This document shows positions 19,415 through 27,956 of a DNA stretch of 64,000 bases, one piece after another. The notes beneath the pieces were generated by a model, which was not told the DNA's origin, did not search any database, and worked only from the letters and a program-made list of their open reading frames with translations. The DNA comes from Minisyncoccota bacterium (GTDB lineage Bacteria; Patescibacteriota; Minisyncoccia; Phycocordibacterales; UBA918), in assembly GCA_021129515.1 (NCBI GenBank), contig JAJOLD010000001.1, positions 61,633-125,632 of the forward strand, read 5' to 3'. A program made the translations under genes and the position numbers. The stretch's first letter is position 1, and the number at the start of each line of letters is the position of its first letter.

Positions 19415-20155
19415 TTAATGCGTACGATACCTACTAACAAATGCTTTAAGAATATGCGCGGGATAGACAATATCTTGCGTTGCACAATGCGCTTTTACAT
19501 GCTCAGCGTCTTCGGGCTTAAAGTATCCTGCATGCTTATAAAAATCAATACGCAGACAAATACTTTCATAATCAAGCTCCGGATGAAATTGTGTTGCGTA
19601 TATATTTTCTTTAATCCGGAACATTTGTACAGGACACACATCGGAGGTAAGGAGCAATGTTGCTGATTCGGGGACCTCTTGGCACGCTTCTTGATGTCCA
19701 CAAAGTGCGTAGAAATCGTCAGGCAGGTCACGCAGCAATATATCTTGTGCTCCTGCTTCAGTTTTATAGACATGCGTTGGACCCACCTCCTCGCTATACT
19801 TTTCTTTCGAGACACACGCACCTTGGTGTGCTGCAAGAATACCAATACCATAACAAGCGCCCATGTAGGGAATATCGTGCGCATAGACCACATCGCTGAG
19901 TTTGAAGAGATCCGCATCAAACTTCAGTTGTTCGGGCGACTGATCTTCTTTTGGTGTACTAACGCACGTAGGACCACCACCAACAATAATACCTGCATAG
20001 TCTTGCGGATTGATGTCATCGGGAATACCGTTGTGTTCAATACGCACCCGATGTACCTCGTCTTCAGTGAGCCCTCCCATACGCAGCATGGCATGGAATT
20101 CATTGTCTGCCACCTCGTCATCTGCACGAAGTTGAAGAATTAAAAATTTTTTCAT
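19415..20155 (-). CDS. Class-I glutamine amidotransferase-like protein
   Basis: Catalytic GACYG Cys and FHPE His motifs; real start MKKFLILQL at 20155. Confidence 0.8.
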   Translation of the reverse strand: MKKFLILQLRADDEVADNEFHAMLRMGGLTEDEVHRVRIEHNGIPDDINPQDYAGIIVGGGPTCVSTPKEDQSPEQLKFDADLFKLSDVVYAHDIPYMGACYGIGILAAHQGACVSKEKYSEEVGPTHVYKTEAGAQDILLRDLPDDFYALCGHQEACQEVPESATLLLTSDVCPVQMFRIKENIYATQFHPELDYESICLRIDFYKHAGYFKPEDAEHVKAHCATQDIVYPAHILKAFVSRYRTH

Positions 20156-20183
20156 ATGAGCAAATATACCATGACTCGACATG

Positions 20184-20209
20184 AAAAAAGCCCGCGCTAT
20201 CGCGCGGGC
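20184..20209 (-). terminator. Rho-independent terminator (minus strand)
   Basis: GCCCGCGCtatcGCGCGGGC followed by T6 on the minus strand; downstream of ORF 20235-20504. Confidence 0.75.
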
Positions 20210-20234
20210 CTTGCAAGCATATCCTTGAGTAAAA

Positions 20235-20504
20235 TCAAAAAAATATTTCAACATTGCCACTACCAGGAACAGAAGCACACACTATGTATGGCTTGTCTGG
20301 ATTAAATAGGAGAGCAGTAACCTCTGTAGGTTTAGTGACTCCAGATCGAGCGCACACAAGCTCTATTCTCTTTATAATTTCAGGGTGTGCTTTTGCGTCC
20401 ACTGATTTGGAAGCAATAACCAGGAACACATGTTTCTGTGGTTGAGAGTTCCGCTTATTTATTGTTACCGTGACACGGTATAGTCTTTCTTTTTTTACTG
20501 CCAT
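20235..20504 (-). CDS. Hypothetical small protein (89 aa)
   Basis: ORF with its own terminator; no recognisable domain. Confidence 0.4.
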   Translation of the reverse strand: MAVKKERLYRVTVTINKRNSQPQKHVFLVIASKSVDAKAHPEIIKRIELVCARSGVTKPTEVTALLFNPDKPYIVCASVPGSGNVEIFF

Positions 20505-20634
20505 GATGGCTCCTTTGTGAGTTGCATGTGTCGACCATATACATACCGTACATAGTCAAAAGAGAAAGGTATCTAGTGCAGAATTTAACAATATATATAA
20601 GACAAGTCAAGTAATCTCTGCGGATTTTAGAGAC

Positions 20635-21261
20635 TTGCTATGCTATGCTACTCATATGTTAATTTTGGATGTTGAAGCCTCAGGCACCGAGTATTACAAG
20701 CACTCAATCGTCTCGATTGGTGCGGTTGATGTACTTAATCCTGAGAATCGCTTTTATGGTGAGTGCAAAATCTGGGATGGTGCACATATTATGGACGGTG
20801 CGCTCGAGGTAAATGGATTTACCGAGGAAGAAATCACCGATGAAACCAAGCTCACAGAAGGGGAGCTGGTGCAGCAATTTCTTGAGTGGGCTGAACCAAT
20901 CGAAGACCGAACCCTCACTGGGCAAAACGTCTCCTTTGACCGCGATTTTGTAAAAGCGGCGTGTGAACGCGCGGGTATCGCATACAATCTCGCATATCGC
21001 ACACTCGATACACACACCATGTGTTGGATGCATATGGTCAAGCGAGGCATGGATGTGCCTATTGATGCAGAACATCACCGTTCCAAATTGAATCTCGATG
21101 CAGTCCTCAACTACTGTGGTATTCCCGAGGAGCCTGAACCACACAATGCACTCACCGGCGCACTCTGCCATGCTGAAGTGACCGCTCGACTCCTCGACGA
21201 CAAGAAGCTCCTTCCTGAATTTGAGCAATACGACATGCCGTGGTTGAAAAATAGCACGTAG
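20635..21261 (+). CDS. DEDDh 3'-5' exonuclease (DnaQ / RNase T-like)
   Basis: Exo I LILDVEASG, Exo II GQNVSFDRDF, Exo III H-x4-D (HNALTGALCHAEV). Start may be Met 20659. Confidence 0.8.
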   Translation: MLCYATHMLILDVEASGTEYYKHSIVSIGAVDVLNPENRFYGECKIWDGAHIMDGALEVNGFTEEEITDETKLTEGELVQQFLEWAEPIEDRTLTGQNVSFDRDFVKAACERAGIAYNLAYRTLDTHTMCWMHMVKRGMDVPIDAEHHRSKLNLDAVLNYCGIPEEPEPHNALTGALCHAEVTARLLDDKKLLPEFEQYDMPWLKNST

Positions 21262-21284
21262 CGCTGAGCACCTAGTACTTAGAA

Positions 21285-21320
21285 AGCACCCGAAAGCCAA
21301 CGGCTTTCGGGTGCTTTGCT
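21285..21320 (+). terminator. Rho-independent terminator
   Basis: AGCACCCGAAAGCCaacGGCTTTCGGGTGCTttgct. Confidence 0.7.
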
Positions 21321-21406
21321 GTGAATGTTCTATCTATATCCCCCATACGCTCGTGCTACACTAGTAGCATAAAATGTTAGTACTTTTAACTGCATAGCAA
21401 AAACAT

Positions 21407-22126
21407 ATGAAAAAGAAAAAAACGTCAAAGAAAGACGAGGAAATGATGCATTGTCGGGTCATCACCGATCTATTTGAAAGCGATGACGCAGTGCAATCAT
21501 GGCGGACCTTCCGCATTATGTCTGAGTTTGTGCAGGGATTTGAGGTACTCCGCAAGTATGGCACTGCCGCTACATTCTTTGGAAGTGCGCGGACCGTCGC
21601 CGGTGACGATGTATACAAAGCAGCAGAAGAGCTTGGCGCACGACTCGCCAAGGCAAACTTTGCCGTTATTACCGGTGGTGGACCGGGTGTTATGGAAGCT
21701 GGGAATGTGGGCGCCTTCAAGGTGGGCGGCAAATCGGTAGGGCTCAATATCGAGCTACCCATGGAGCAAAAGCTCAATCCCTATGTGACCGAGAGTGAGG
21801 ACTTTCACTTTTTCTTCTCACGCAAGGTGATGCTCTCCTTTGCCTCTGAGGTATATGTCTACTTCCCAGGAGGATTTGGCACCATGGATGAGTTCTTCGA
21901 AATCATCACACTCATCCAGACCAAAAAAATCTCTCGTATTCCAATTGTACTCTACGATAAGGAGTACTGGGAGCCACTCCTAAAATTCTTCAAAACCACA
22001 TTACTTAAAGAATACAAAACCATCAGCAAAGAAGATTTAGATTTATTCCATGTAGTTGATACGGTTGATGATGCGTATGAATATATTATGAAAAATGTTG
22101 ATGTGAACACCCCGCGCCAAATCTAA
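21407..22126 (+). CDS. LOG-family (TIGR00730) Rossmann-fold nucleotide-binding protein
   Basis: FGSARTVAGDD...VITGGGPGVMEAGN...PGGFGTMDEFFE hallmark motifs. Confidence 0.85.
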   Translation: MKKKKTSKKDEEMMHCRVITDLFESDDAVQSWRTFRIMSEFVQGFEVLRKYGTAATFFGSARTVAGDDVYKAAEELGARLAKANFAVITGGGPGVMEAGNVGAFKVGGKSVGLNIELPMEQKLNPYVTESEDFHFFFSRKVMLSFASEVYVYFPGGFGTMDEFFEIITLIQTKKISRIPIVLYDKEYWEPLLKFFKTTLLKEYKTISKEDLDLFHVVDTVDDAYEYIMKNVDVNTPRQI

Positions 22127-22271
22127 AAGAAAAGCATACGCAGGTGGCAAACTTCTTTATCCTTTCCGTCGTTCGGACGCTCACCGTATAGGCATACGGC
22201 TCGCGTCCTCACTCTGTCACTCCTCGAATTTTACTCACCTGTGTATACTTTTAAGTAAGTAGACAAAATAA

Positions 22272-23306
22272 TTGCAAAGCATATGTCACAGTTTCGCTCC
22301 CTGGTTCCTCGAAATGCATCCAAACCTACGTACCCTAAGTGATGAGTACATTAAAAAAGAGACTATGAGCTACCCAAACAAACAAATTCTCGACACCTTC
22401 ACCGAAGAAACACTGCCTGACTTAGATGTGGTCACGCTTGGTGCGCTCGAGCTCCTTGGTGGTGCCGCGCTCCCAAATATCGACACACTCTTGAGTAAAC
22501 GCACACTTGTGGTCGGCAGTGGCAACGCAGGCGTCACCGGTCGGATCATCTTTGATGGTGTCAAAGCACTTCACGCAGACGAAGGCACCTACAAGCAAAT
22601 TCTTTCAACTGCAAAAGAAAGTCTCGACAGCGCCGTACTCATCTCTGCGTCAGGAGGGAAGCATGCGGTCGAAATCGCTGAGGAATTGAAGCGTTCAGGA
22701 CTCATGGTGCATCTCATGACCACAAATTCAAAAGCAGAGGCAGCGGTCTTTGTCGACAAAGACCGCTGGTATACATTCCCAAAGAATCGAGAGCCATACA
22801 CCTACAACACCTCAACCTACATGAGTATGTTGCTTGCAAAAACAGGGGAAAGTCCGGCGGCAATTTTGGCATTTCTTATGGAAGATACGGCGCGCAGATT
22901 GCCCGATACCTTGGGGCAGTACGACGCCTTCTACTGCATCATTCCACCTGAATTTGCAGCCATGCGCGAGATGTTCACCACAAAGTTTGATGAACTCTTT
23001 GGCGCAAAAGTATCCGGGCGTGTATTTACCTATGAGCAGACCAAGCATGCAAAGACCGTGGTTCCTGGCGACAACGAATGTTTCATAAGCTTTGGAGCAG
23101 AGAACACCACCTTTGGCATCCCCGGCTGCCGCGTGCATGTACCACTTCCACGCGAGGTGGGATGTGTCGGTATGATGGCAGTTGCGTATTACACCATCGG
23201 ACAAATCCAAAAACAGCACCCGCCATACTATAGAGACAACATCCAAAACTACACCCGCGAAGCATCCAAATTATTCGGAAGCATCATTACACCGGTAGTT
23301 GAATAA
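22272..23306 (+). CDS. Hypothetical protein with a possible SIS-like (sugar isomerase) N-terminal fold
   Basis: LVVGSGNAGVTGRII...AVLISASGGKHAVEIAEELKRSG pattern. Start may be MSYPNKQ at 22365. Confidence 0.45.
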   Translation: MQSICHSFAPWFLEMHPNLRTLSDEYIKKETMSYPNKQILDTFTEETLPDLDVVTLGALELLGGAALPNIDTLLSKRTLVVGSGNAGVTGRIIFDGVKALHADEGTYKQILSTAKESLDSAVLISASGGKHAVEIAEELKRSGLMVHLMTTNSKAEAAVFVDKDRWYTFPKNREPYTYNTSTYMSMLLAKTGESPAAILAFLMEDTARRLPDTLGQYDAFYCIIPPEFAAMREMFTTKFDELFGAKVSGRVFTYEQTKHAKTVVPGDNECFISFGAENTTFGIPGCRVHVPLPREVGCVGMMAVAYYTIGQIQKQHPPYYRDNIQNYTREASKLFGSIITPVVE

Positions 23307-23314
23307 ACCCATAC

Positions 23315-23335
23315 GTCCTAGGGGACCCCTAGGAC
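23315..23335. repeat. REP-like palindrome family B, copy 2
   Basis: Identical to 13523-13543; 8 bp after the stop of the upstream gene. Confidence 0.7.
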
Positions 23336-23368
23336 ACTAGTAAATAAAGAAGAAGGGAATTGATAATT

Positions 23369-23400
23369 AAAAAAGCCGCCCTGACCTGGGCGGCTTTTTG
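23369..23400. terminator. Bidirectional terminator
   Basis: aaaaAGCCGCCCtgacctGGGCGGCTtttt. Confidence 0.7.
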
Positions 23401-23547
23401 GTTAACGCACGCTGCGCGTTATGTAGAGATGTCTTCTTCTCCGGAGTTTTCGGAGTCGTCCTGCTCCGTGTTGTCCACAAGCGTCTCCTCGCCATCATCA
23501 TGTGTTCAAACTTAAAAAACCCGAGATTTTAGCTCTCGGGTTTTATT

Positions 23548-24040
23548 TTATGCTTTAGCAACAACACACATCCACCGCAACTGAATATCCGATTTTGATT
23601 CAGGATACATCGGAACCCTAGAATTTGCCTCATAGTCGAGCCATAGTCTGAGGAATTTAATTTTTCCCATTTTTAACATCTTACCAGCTGTAGGTTCGGC
23701 TAGGTAAATATGGTCTTCACAAACTTTTTCTAGAACACTCAGATGTCCAATGTATCCATCTAACATCCAGTAAAGAATAATGACAGAATCTTTAGTGTTT
23801 AATTCTGTTAATTCGTCCCATGAAACATTCTTTAGCACCTTTGTTTTAAGTCCATAGTGTTTCAGAGCAGTCACAAGCTGTTTGTTGTATATACCACCCT
23901 CTTTTTTGTAGTTAGTTTACCTTGGCAATATCTGCAACTGTATATGGTACTCCAAAGTATCTTAAAGTCATTTCAATACAAGTTGGTCCACAGGCACTAG
24001 TGTCTCTTTGTTTGATAGGTCTTATTTTGGTATTCCTCAT
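23548..24040 (-). pseudogene. C39-like papain-fold peptidase domain gene split by a frameshift
   Basis: N-terminal fragment MRNTKIRPIKQRDTSACGPTCIEMTLRYFGVPYTVADIAKVN* (24040-23912) and 108-aa ORF with GH...L.EP.G (23874-23548) are in different frames, joining near 23912-23920 next to an A6 run. Confidence 0.5.
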
Positions 24041-24051
24041 ATAACCACCAG

Positions 24052-24585
24052 TTACTTTTTAACAATACCAAAATGGAGTACATTGACTCGCTTTCCGTTT
24101 TTTACCCGAGCTGACTCAAATAGCCCATCCTGTGTGAAGCCGATTTTTTCGAGCACCTTTGTCATTGGTACATTTTCTGCTTCGACCTCGGCGCTGATTC
24201 TCACAATACCCATATGTGCAAAGGCATAGCGCACCAGAGCAGTAAGTACTTCAGTTGCAACACCCGTACCCCAATAATTTTTGTCACCAATCACAATACC
24301 AAGGTCTGCAACACCATGGTGCTTGTTGAATTCAGTGAAGGCAACAGTCCCAATAGTCACACCATCTGTAGTTTCGATTGACCAATAGTATCCTTCCTCA
24401 TCAGCCTCACATGCTTCGATGTATGCACATTGTTCTGCAATGTCTTCTGGTTCATTGAGCGGTCCAGGCATATGTGCCTGTACTTCAGGGTCAATATCCC
24501 ACACCTGCCATAACGCAGCATCGCTCTTTGTAAAAGGTCGAAGCATGTAGTGGATTGATTCAATCGTTGGAGATTTCATATGCAC
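24052..24585 (-). CDS. GNAT family N-acetyltransferase (RimJ/RimL-like)
   Basis: IGTVAFTEFNKHHGVADLGIVIGDKNYWGTGVATE acetyl-CoA-binding motif. Confidence 0.85.
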   Translation of the reverse strand: MHMKSPTIESIHYMLRPFTKSDAALWQVWDIDPEVQAHMPGPLNEPEDIAEQCAYIEACEADEEGYYWSIETTDGVTIGTVAFTEFNKHHGVADLGIVIGDKNYWGTGVATEVLTALVRYAFAHMGIVRISAEVEAENVPMTKVLEKIGFTQDGLFESARVKNGKRVNVLHFGIVKK

Positions 24586-24714
24586 AGTATACTAAAATGG
24601 TTTTTTAATCATCCTCATGCTCACCACATCATCGGCGTCGAGAATTCCGTCATGGGGGTTATTGCACCAAATTTGTTTGGGTGGTGAATGTCCTTGTATT
24701 AAATATCGCAGTAA

Positions 24715-25062
24715 GTGACTGACAAAGTAAAAGTTATCCGGATAACTGCTATAGGGACCTTGATTAAACATGCCTTTTCTCCTGACAGAGTACAGCCGCC
24801 AAATCCTCAACCGGTGCCGGAGTTGTCCGTTACTAACAACTTTAAACGACCTGACGGTAGTGATTTCGAAGATACGACAGTTCAAAACATAACTGTCGGT
24901 CATGGTCTACTTGCTCGTGCGATATGGAAAGCTTTCAGGAATCCAATCAGTCATGAGTTGGCTGCCGACCTACGTGATTCTGGACTATATACAGAGCAAG
25001 ACTGCTTGGATGCTCTCGGCTTGCTGTCCCATCTCTTCAGACGGCTCGATAATTCAGCATAA
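24715..25062 (+). CDS. Possible gene fragment with a TIGR02391/Hypoth_Ymh-like C-terminus
   Basis: C-terminal FRNPISHELAADLRDSGLYTEQDCLDALGLLSHLFRRLD recalls the conserved RNP.SH...RRLD motif of that family. The N-terminal half looks non-genic. Confidence 0.3.
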   Translation: MTDKVKVIRITAIGTLIKHAFSPDRVQPPNPQPVPELSVTNNFKRPDGSDFEDTTVQNITVGHGLLARAIWKAFRNPISHELAADLRDSGLYTEQDCLDALGLLSHLFRRLDNSA

Positions 25063-25140
25063 CAGATAATCTATCTCTGATTATTCAAACAACATAAAAA
25101 CTGCTATATTGTCTGTATTAGAAAGCTAAGTATTTGAGTT

Positions 25141-25899
25141 ATGCAGTGGATTTTTATTGCGGTTATTATTCTTCTCATCTCATTTCTCCGTGAGGTGAAG
25201 CAGTATGAGCGCGGTGTCATGCTTACCATGGGTAAGTACACGGGGCTTCGGAATCCGGGGTGGAGTATTGTGGTCCCTATCTTTCAGAAGATGATTAAGG
25301 TGGACCTCCGTGTGAAGGCGGTGGATGTGCCTGACCAGAAGGTGATTACCCGGGACAACGTGTCTGCGAGTATTAACGCCGTGATTTACTACAAGGTATC
25401 GGACGCGGCGAAGGCAGTGCTCGAGGTAGAGGACTTCCGGCATGCGGTCTCGCAGCTTGCGCAAACGACTATGCGTAACGTGGTTGGTGGTGCGGAGCTC
25501 GACCAGGTGCTTGCGGAGCGTGAAGAGCTCTCAGCACGTATTAAGGAAGTGATTGACCGTGAGACCGACCAATGGGGAATTGCGGTAGAGAATGTGGAGC
25601 TCAAGGACTTCTTCCTGCCCGACGACATGGAACGAACCATTGCAAAGCAGGCTGAGGCAGAGCGAGAGCGACGTTCGGTGATTATTAAGGCGGAAGGGGA
25701 GGTTGCTGCGGCTGAAAATATGGCAAAGGCGGCTGCGATGCTTGCGTCTGCTGATGGTGCGCTGCATTTGCGCACACTCCAAACGCTGAACGACTTGAGC
25801 TCAGACCAGTCAAATACGGTAGTGTTTGCAACGCCGATTGAGGTTTTGCGTGCACTAGAAGGACTTGCGCCTAAGAAACGTACCGATAATCAAGGGTAG
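25141..25899 (+). CDS. SPFH/band-7 (stomatin/prohibitin-like) domain protein
   Basis: N-terminal TM, then the conserved YERGVMLTMGKY...VITRDNV...AVIYYKV SPFH core and an Ala/Glu-rich coiled-coil tail. Confidence 0.9.
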   Translation: MQWIFIAVIILLISFLREVKQYERGVMLTMGKYTGLRNPGWSIVVPIFQKMIKVDLRVKAVDVPDQKVITRDNVSASINAVIYYKVSDAAKAVLEVEDFRHAVSQLAQTTMRNVVGGAELDQVLAEREELSARIKEVIDRETDQWGIAVENVELKDFFLPDDMERTIAKQAEAERERRSVIIKAEGEVAAAENMAKAAAMLASADGALHLRTLQTLNDLSSDQSNTVVFATPIEVLRALEGLAPKKRTDNQG

Positions 25900-25912
25900 G
25901 TGGGTGACTTCT

Positions 25913-26092
25913 GGATTGCTTCGTCATTCCGTTTCACTCCACTTCTCGCAATGACGTCTAGCTGAAACTTACTGTATCCGACTAATTAGTCGGATACAGT
26001 ACGTATGTTGTGTGCTGCGACGGCTAAAAGCGAAGATTTTAGCCGGTGACGAACGCGAAGCGTTCGTCATTGCGAACGGAGTGAAGCAATCC
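25913..26092. repeat. Dense inverted-repeat cluster / MITE-like structured element
   Basis: Terminal inverted segments (GGATTGCTTC...TCGCAATGACG vs CGTCATTGCGA...GAAGCAATCC). Central 30-bp perfect palindrome ACTGTATCCGACTAATTAGTCGGATACAGT (25971-26000). Two further perfect hairpins (CGGCTAAAAgcgaagaTTTTAGCCG; GACGAACGCgaaGCGTTCGTC). Confidence 0.6.
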
Positions 26093-26201
26093 AGTAGGTA
26101 AAAAATCCTGAAAATAGGGGCTAAACTAGAGTAACACAGAAAAAACGGCTTAAAACATGCCTATTGTAACTATTGACACACATCCGAAGTCATTGCATAA
26201 C

Positions 26202-26229
26202 TTGACTTTGGGTATAGGTGTGCTATAAT
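26202..26229 (+). promoter_or_regulatory. Near-consensus sigma70-type promoter (TTGACT-16-TATAAT)
   Basis: TTGACT at 26202-26207, TATAAT at 26224-26229. Confidence 0.5.
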
Positions 26230-26341
26230 AGGCGCATAAGCGGCTAACGCCGTTTTTTTTGTTGGATAAGACTCTTGGCTTATTTTATCAAGCGTTATTA
26301 CTGCAATTCTTGCGGTAACACAGATTGGCGCAGTTCCTGCA

Positions 26342-26716
26342 TTGGATACTGCATATGGGCACATTGCAACAAATGAAGCACTCATCGCTGAAACACTCGA
26401 AGAAATGACTACCGAAGAAGCGGTACGTACATACTTCAGCGATATACCGGTTATGATCCACATTGCTCGCTGTGAGTCAACGTTTCGACACACACTTGAA
26501 GATGGTTCAGTTCTTCAGGGACGGGTAGACCCAGCAGATACTGGGGTAATGCAAATTAACAAGCGTTACCACGAAACTACTGCTGATACCCTTGGTCTTG
26601 ATTTGGACAACCTCTACGATAATATGGCGTACGCGCGTAATCTCTATGAGAGACAAGGCGTACAGCCATGGAGTGCTTCGGCACCGTGTTGGGGAAAGAC
26701 CATTGCGATGCGTTAA
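26342..26716 (+). CDS. Small SLT (lytic transglycosylase) domain protein, TTG start, no signal peptide
   Basis: IARCESTFRH...GVMQINKRYH...LYDNMAYARNLY...W; paralogue of the C-terminus of 15611-16603. Confidence 0.6.
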   Translation: MDTAYGHIATNEALIAETLEEMTTEEAVRTYFSDIPVMIHIARCESTFRHTLEDGSVLQGRVDPADTGVMQINKRYHETTADTLGLDLDNLYDNMAYARNLYERQGVQPWSASAPCWGKTIAMR

Positions 26717-26782
26717 ACCCTATAACAAAAGCCGCACCCACTTCGTGGGTGCGGCTTTTGTTGTGCCTGCGTGTGGCACTAC

Positions 26783-26801
26783 TTAGGGATACGAACCCTA
26801 A
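26783..26801. repeat. REP palindrome family A (TTAGGGAT-acg-AACCCTAA), copy 2
   Basis: One mismatch from copy 4 at 33178-33196; lies between convergent genes. Confidence 0.7.
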
Positions 26802-26811
26802 GAGTTGGTGG

Positions 26812-27213
26812 TTATCTTTTCATTGCCCAGCCCTCACCAGGACCATACGCCATGACATAGAGGAGCCCTCCCATGATTGCGAGGTTCTTGAAGAGTCCAT
26901 GGTCGTTGATATCCAAATGGAAGAAGAGTGTGGCAAGCGCGGTAAAGCCAAGAAGGAGAAACGCACCGCACCCGACACGGTAGCCGAGGATAAGTGACGC
27001 GCCACCAAAGAGCTTCACGGCGAGGACCAGCCATGCGAGGAGTCCTGCAAGTGGCAGTCCCGCGTTCATAATCATGCTGGCAGTACCTTCCATACCCCCG
27101 GGGGTCATAAGCATACCAACACCACTAAAGAAAAAGAGCAATCCCATGAGCACACGTCCCACCAAGGTGCCGTGGCTCCGGAGCATTGCTCGCTGTGATT
27201 CACTCATCATCAT
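26812..27213 (-). CDS. DoxX family membrane protein
   Basis: Four TM helices; DoxX-like GLLFFFSGVGMLM...LAVKLFGGASLILG. Probable start MMMSESQ. Confidence 0.75.
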   Translation of the reverse strand: MMMSESQRAMLRSHGTLVGRVLMGLLFFFSGVGMLMTPGGMEGTASMIMNAGLPLAGLLAWLVLAVKLFGGASLILGYRVGCGAFLLLGFTALATLFFHLDINDHGLFKNLAIMGGLLYVMAYGPGEGWAMKR

Positions 27214-27485
27214 AATACGTTTTGGTTGTATGAATAATGTGGAGAGTCTTAGAGTGTGTTCAAAAAGACTTCGAGTTTCAAAGATGGTCAAAATTGGTGG
27301 CAAAAAATTGATAAAATTTCGAGCAATACTAAGCTATGGGGAGAAATTATAGCCGTTTTTTGATCAAATTTTGGCAATCGACGAACAGAAACAAATAGAA
27401 AGTTTAAACTATTTGTGTAGGATTTTTGAACATGCTCTACTATACATTATATCGTGTTTGCGCCATTATATATATAATTTCTATG

Positions 27486-27944
27486 CAATATTGGTTAATG
27501 AAGAGTGAACCGTCGTGTTATTCGATTGACGACCTAGCGCGCGATGGTGTTGAACCGTGGGATGGTGTCCGCAATTACCAGGCGCGCAACCTCATGCGTG
27601 ACGATATGCAGGTAGGGGACATTGCCTTTTTCTACCACTCCAATGCAAAAGAGATTGGTATTGTGGGGCTCATGACCATTGCAAGCGCGGCGTACCCCGA
27701 CCCGACCCAATTTGACAAACAAGAAGACCATTACGACCCGAAATCTACCAAGGAAAATCCACGATGGCTCTTGGTTGATGTGAAATTCAAGCAGAAGTTC
27801 ACGGATATTATTCCGCTTGCAGTTCTGAAGAACGACCCCGCATTTGCCGACATGGCACTGACCCAGAAGGGGATGCGGCTTTCGGTACAACCCGTGAAGG
27901 AGAAGCATTACAAGAAAATAATGAAGATGGTAGGACAGTCATAA
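27486..27944 (+). CDS. EVE (PUA-like) domain protein
   Basis: MQYWLMKSEPSCYSIDDL...VRNYQARNLMRDDMQVGDIAFFYHS matches the EVE/DUF55 N-terminus. Confidence 0.8.
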   Translation, partial: QYWLMKSEPSCYSIDDLARDGVEPWDGVRNYQARNLMRDDMQVGDIAFFYHSNAKEIGIVGLMTIASAAYPDPTQFDKQEDHYDPKSTKENPRWLLVDVKFKQKFTDIIPLAVLKNDPAFADMALTQKGMRLSVQPVKEKHYKKIMKMVGQS

Positions 27945-27956
27945 CAACGTATTTGT

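Noticed and set aside
26219-26341. Upstream extension of the short SLT-domain gene
   Set aside because: The in-frame upstream codons give a Cys-rich non-signal sequence and overlap the promoter/attenuator-like region, so the TTG start at 26342 was retained.
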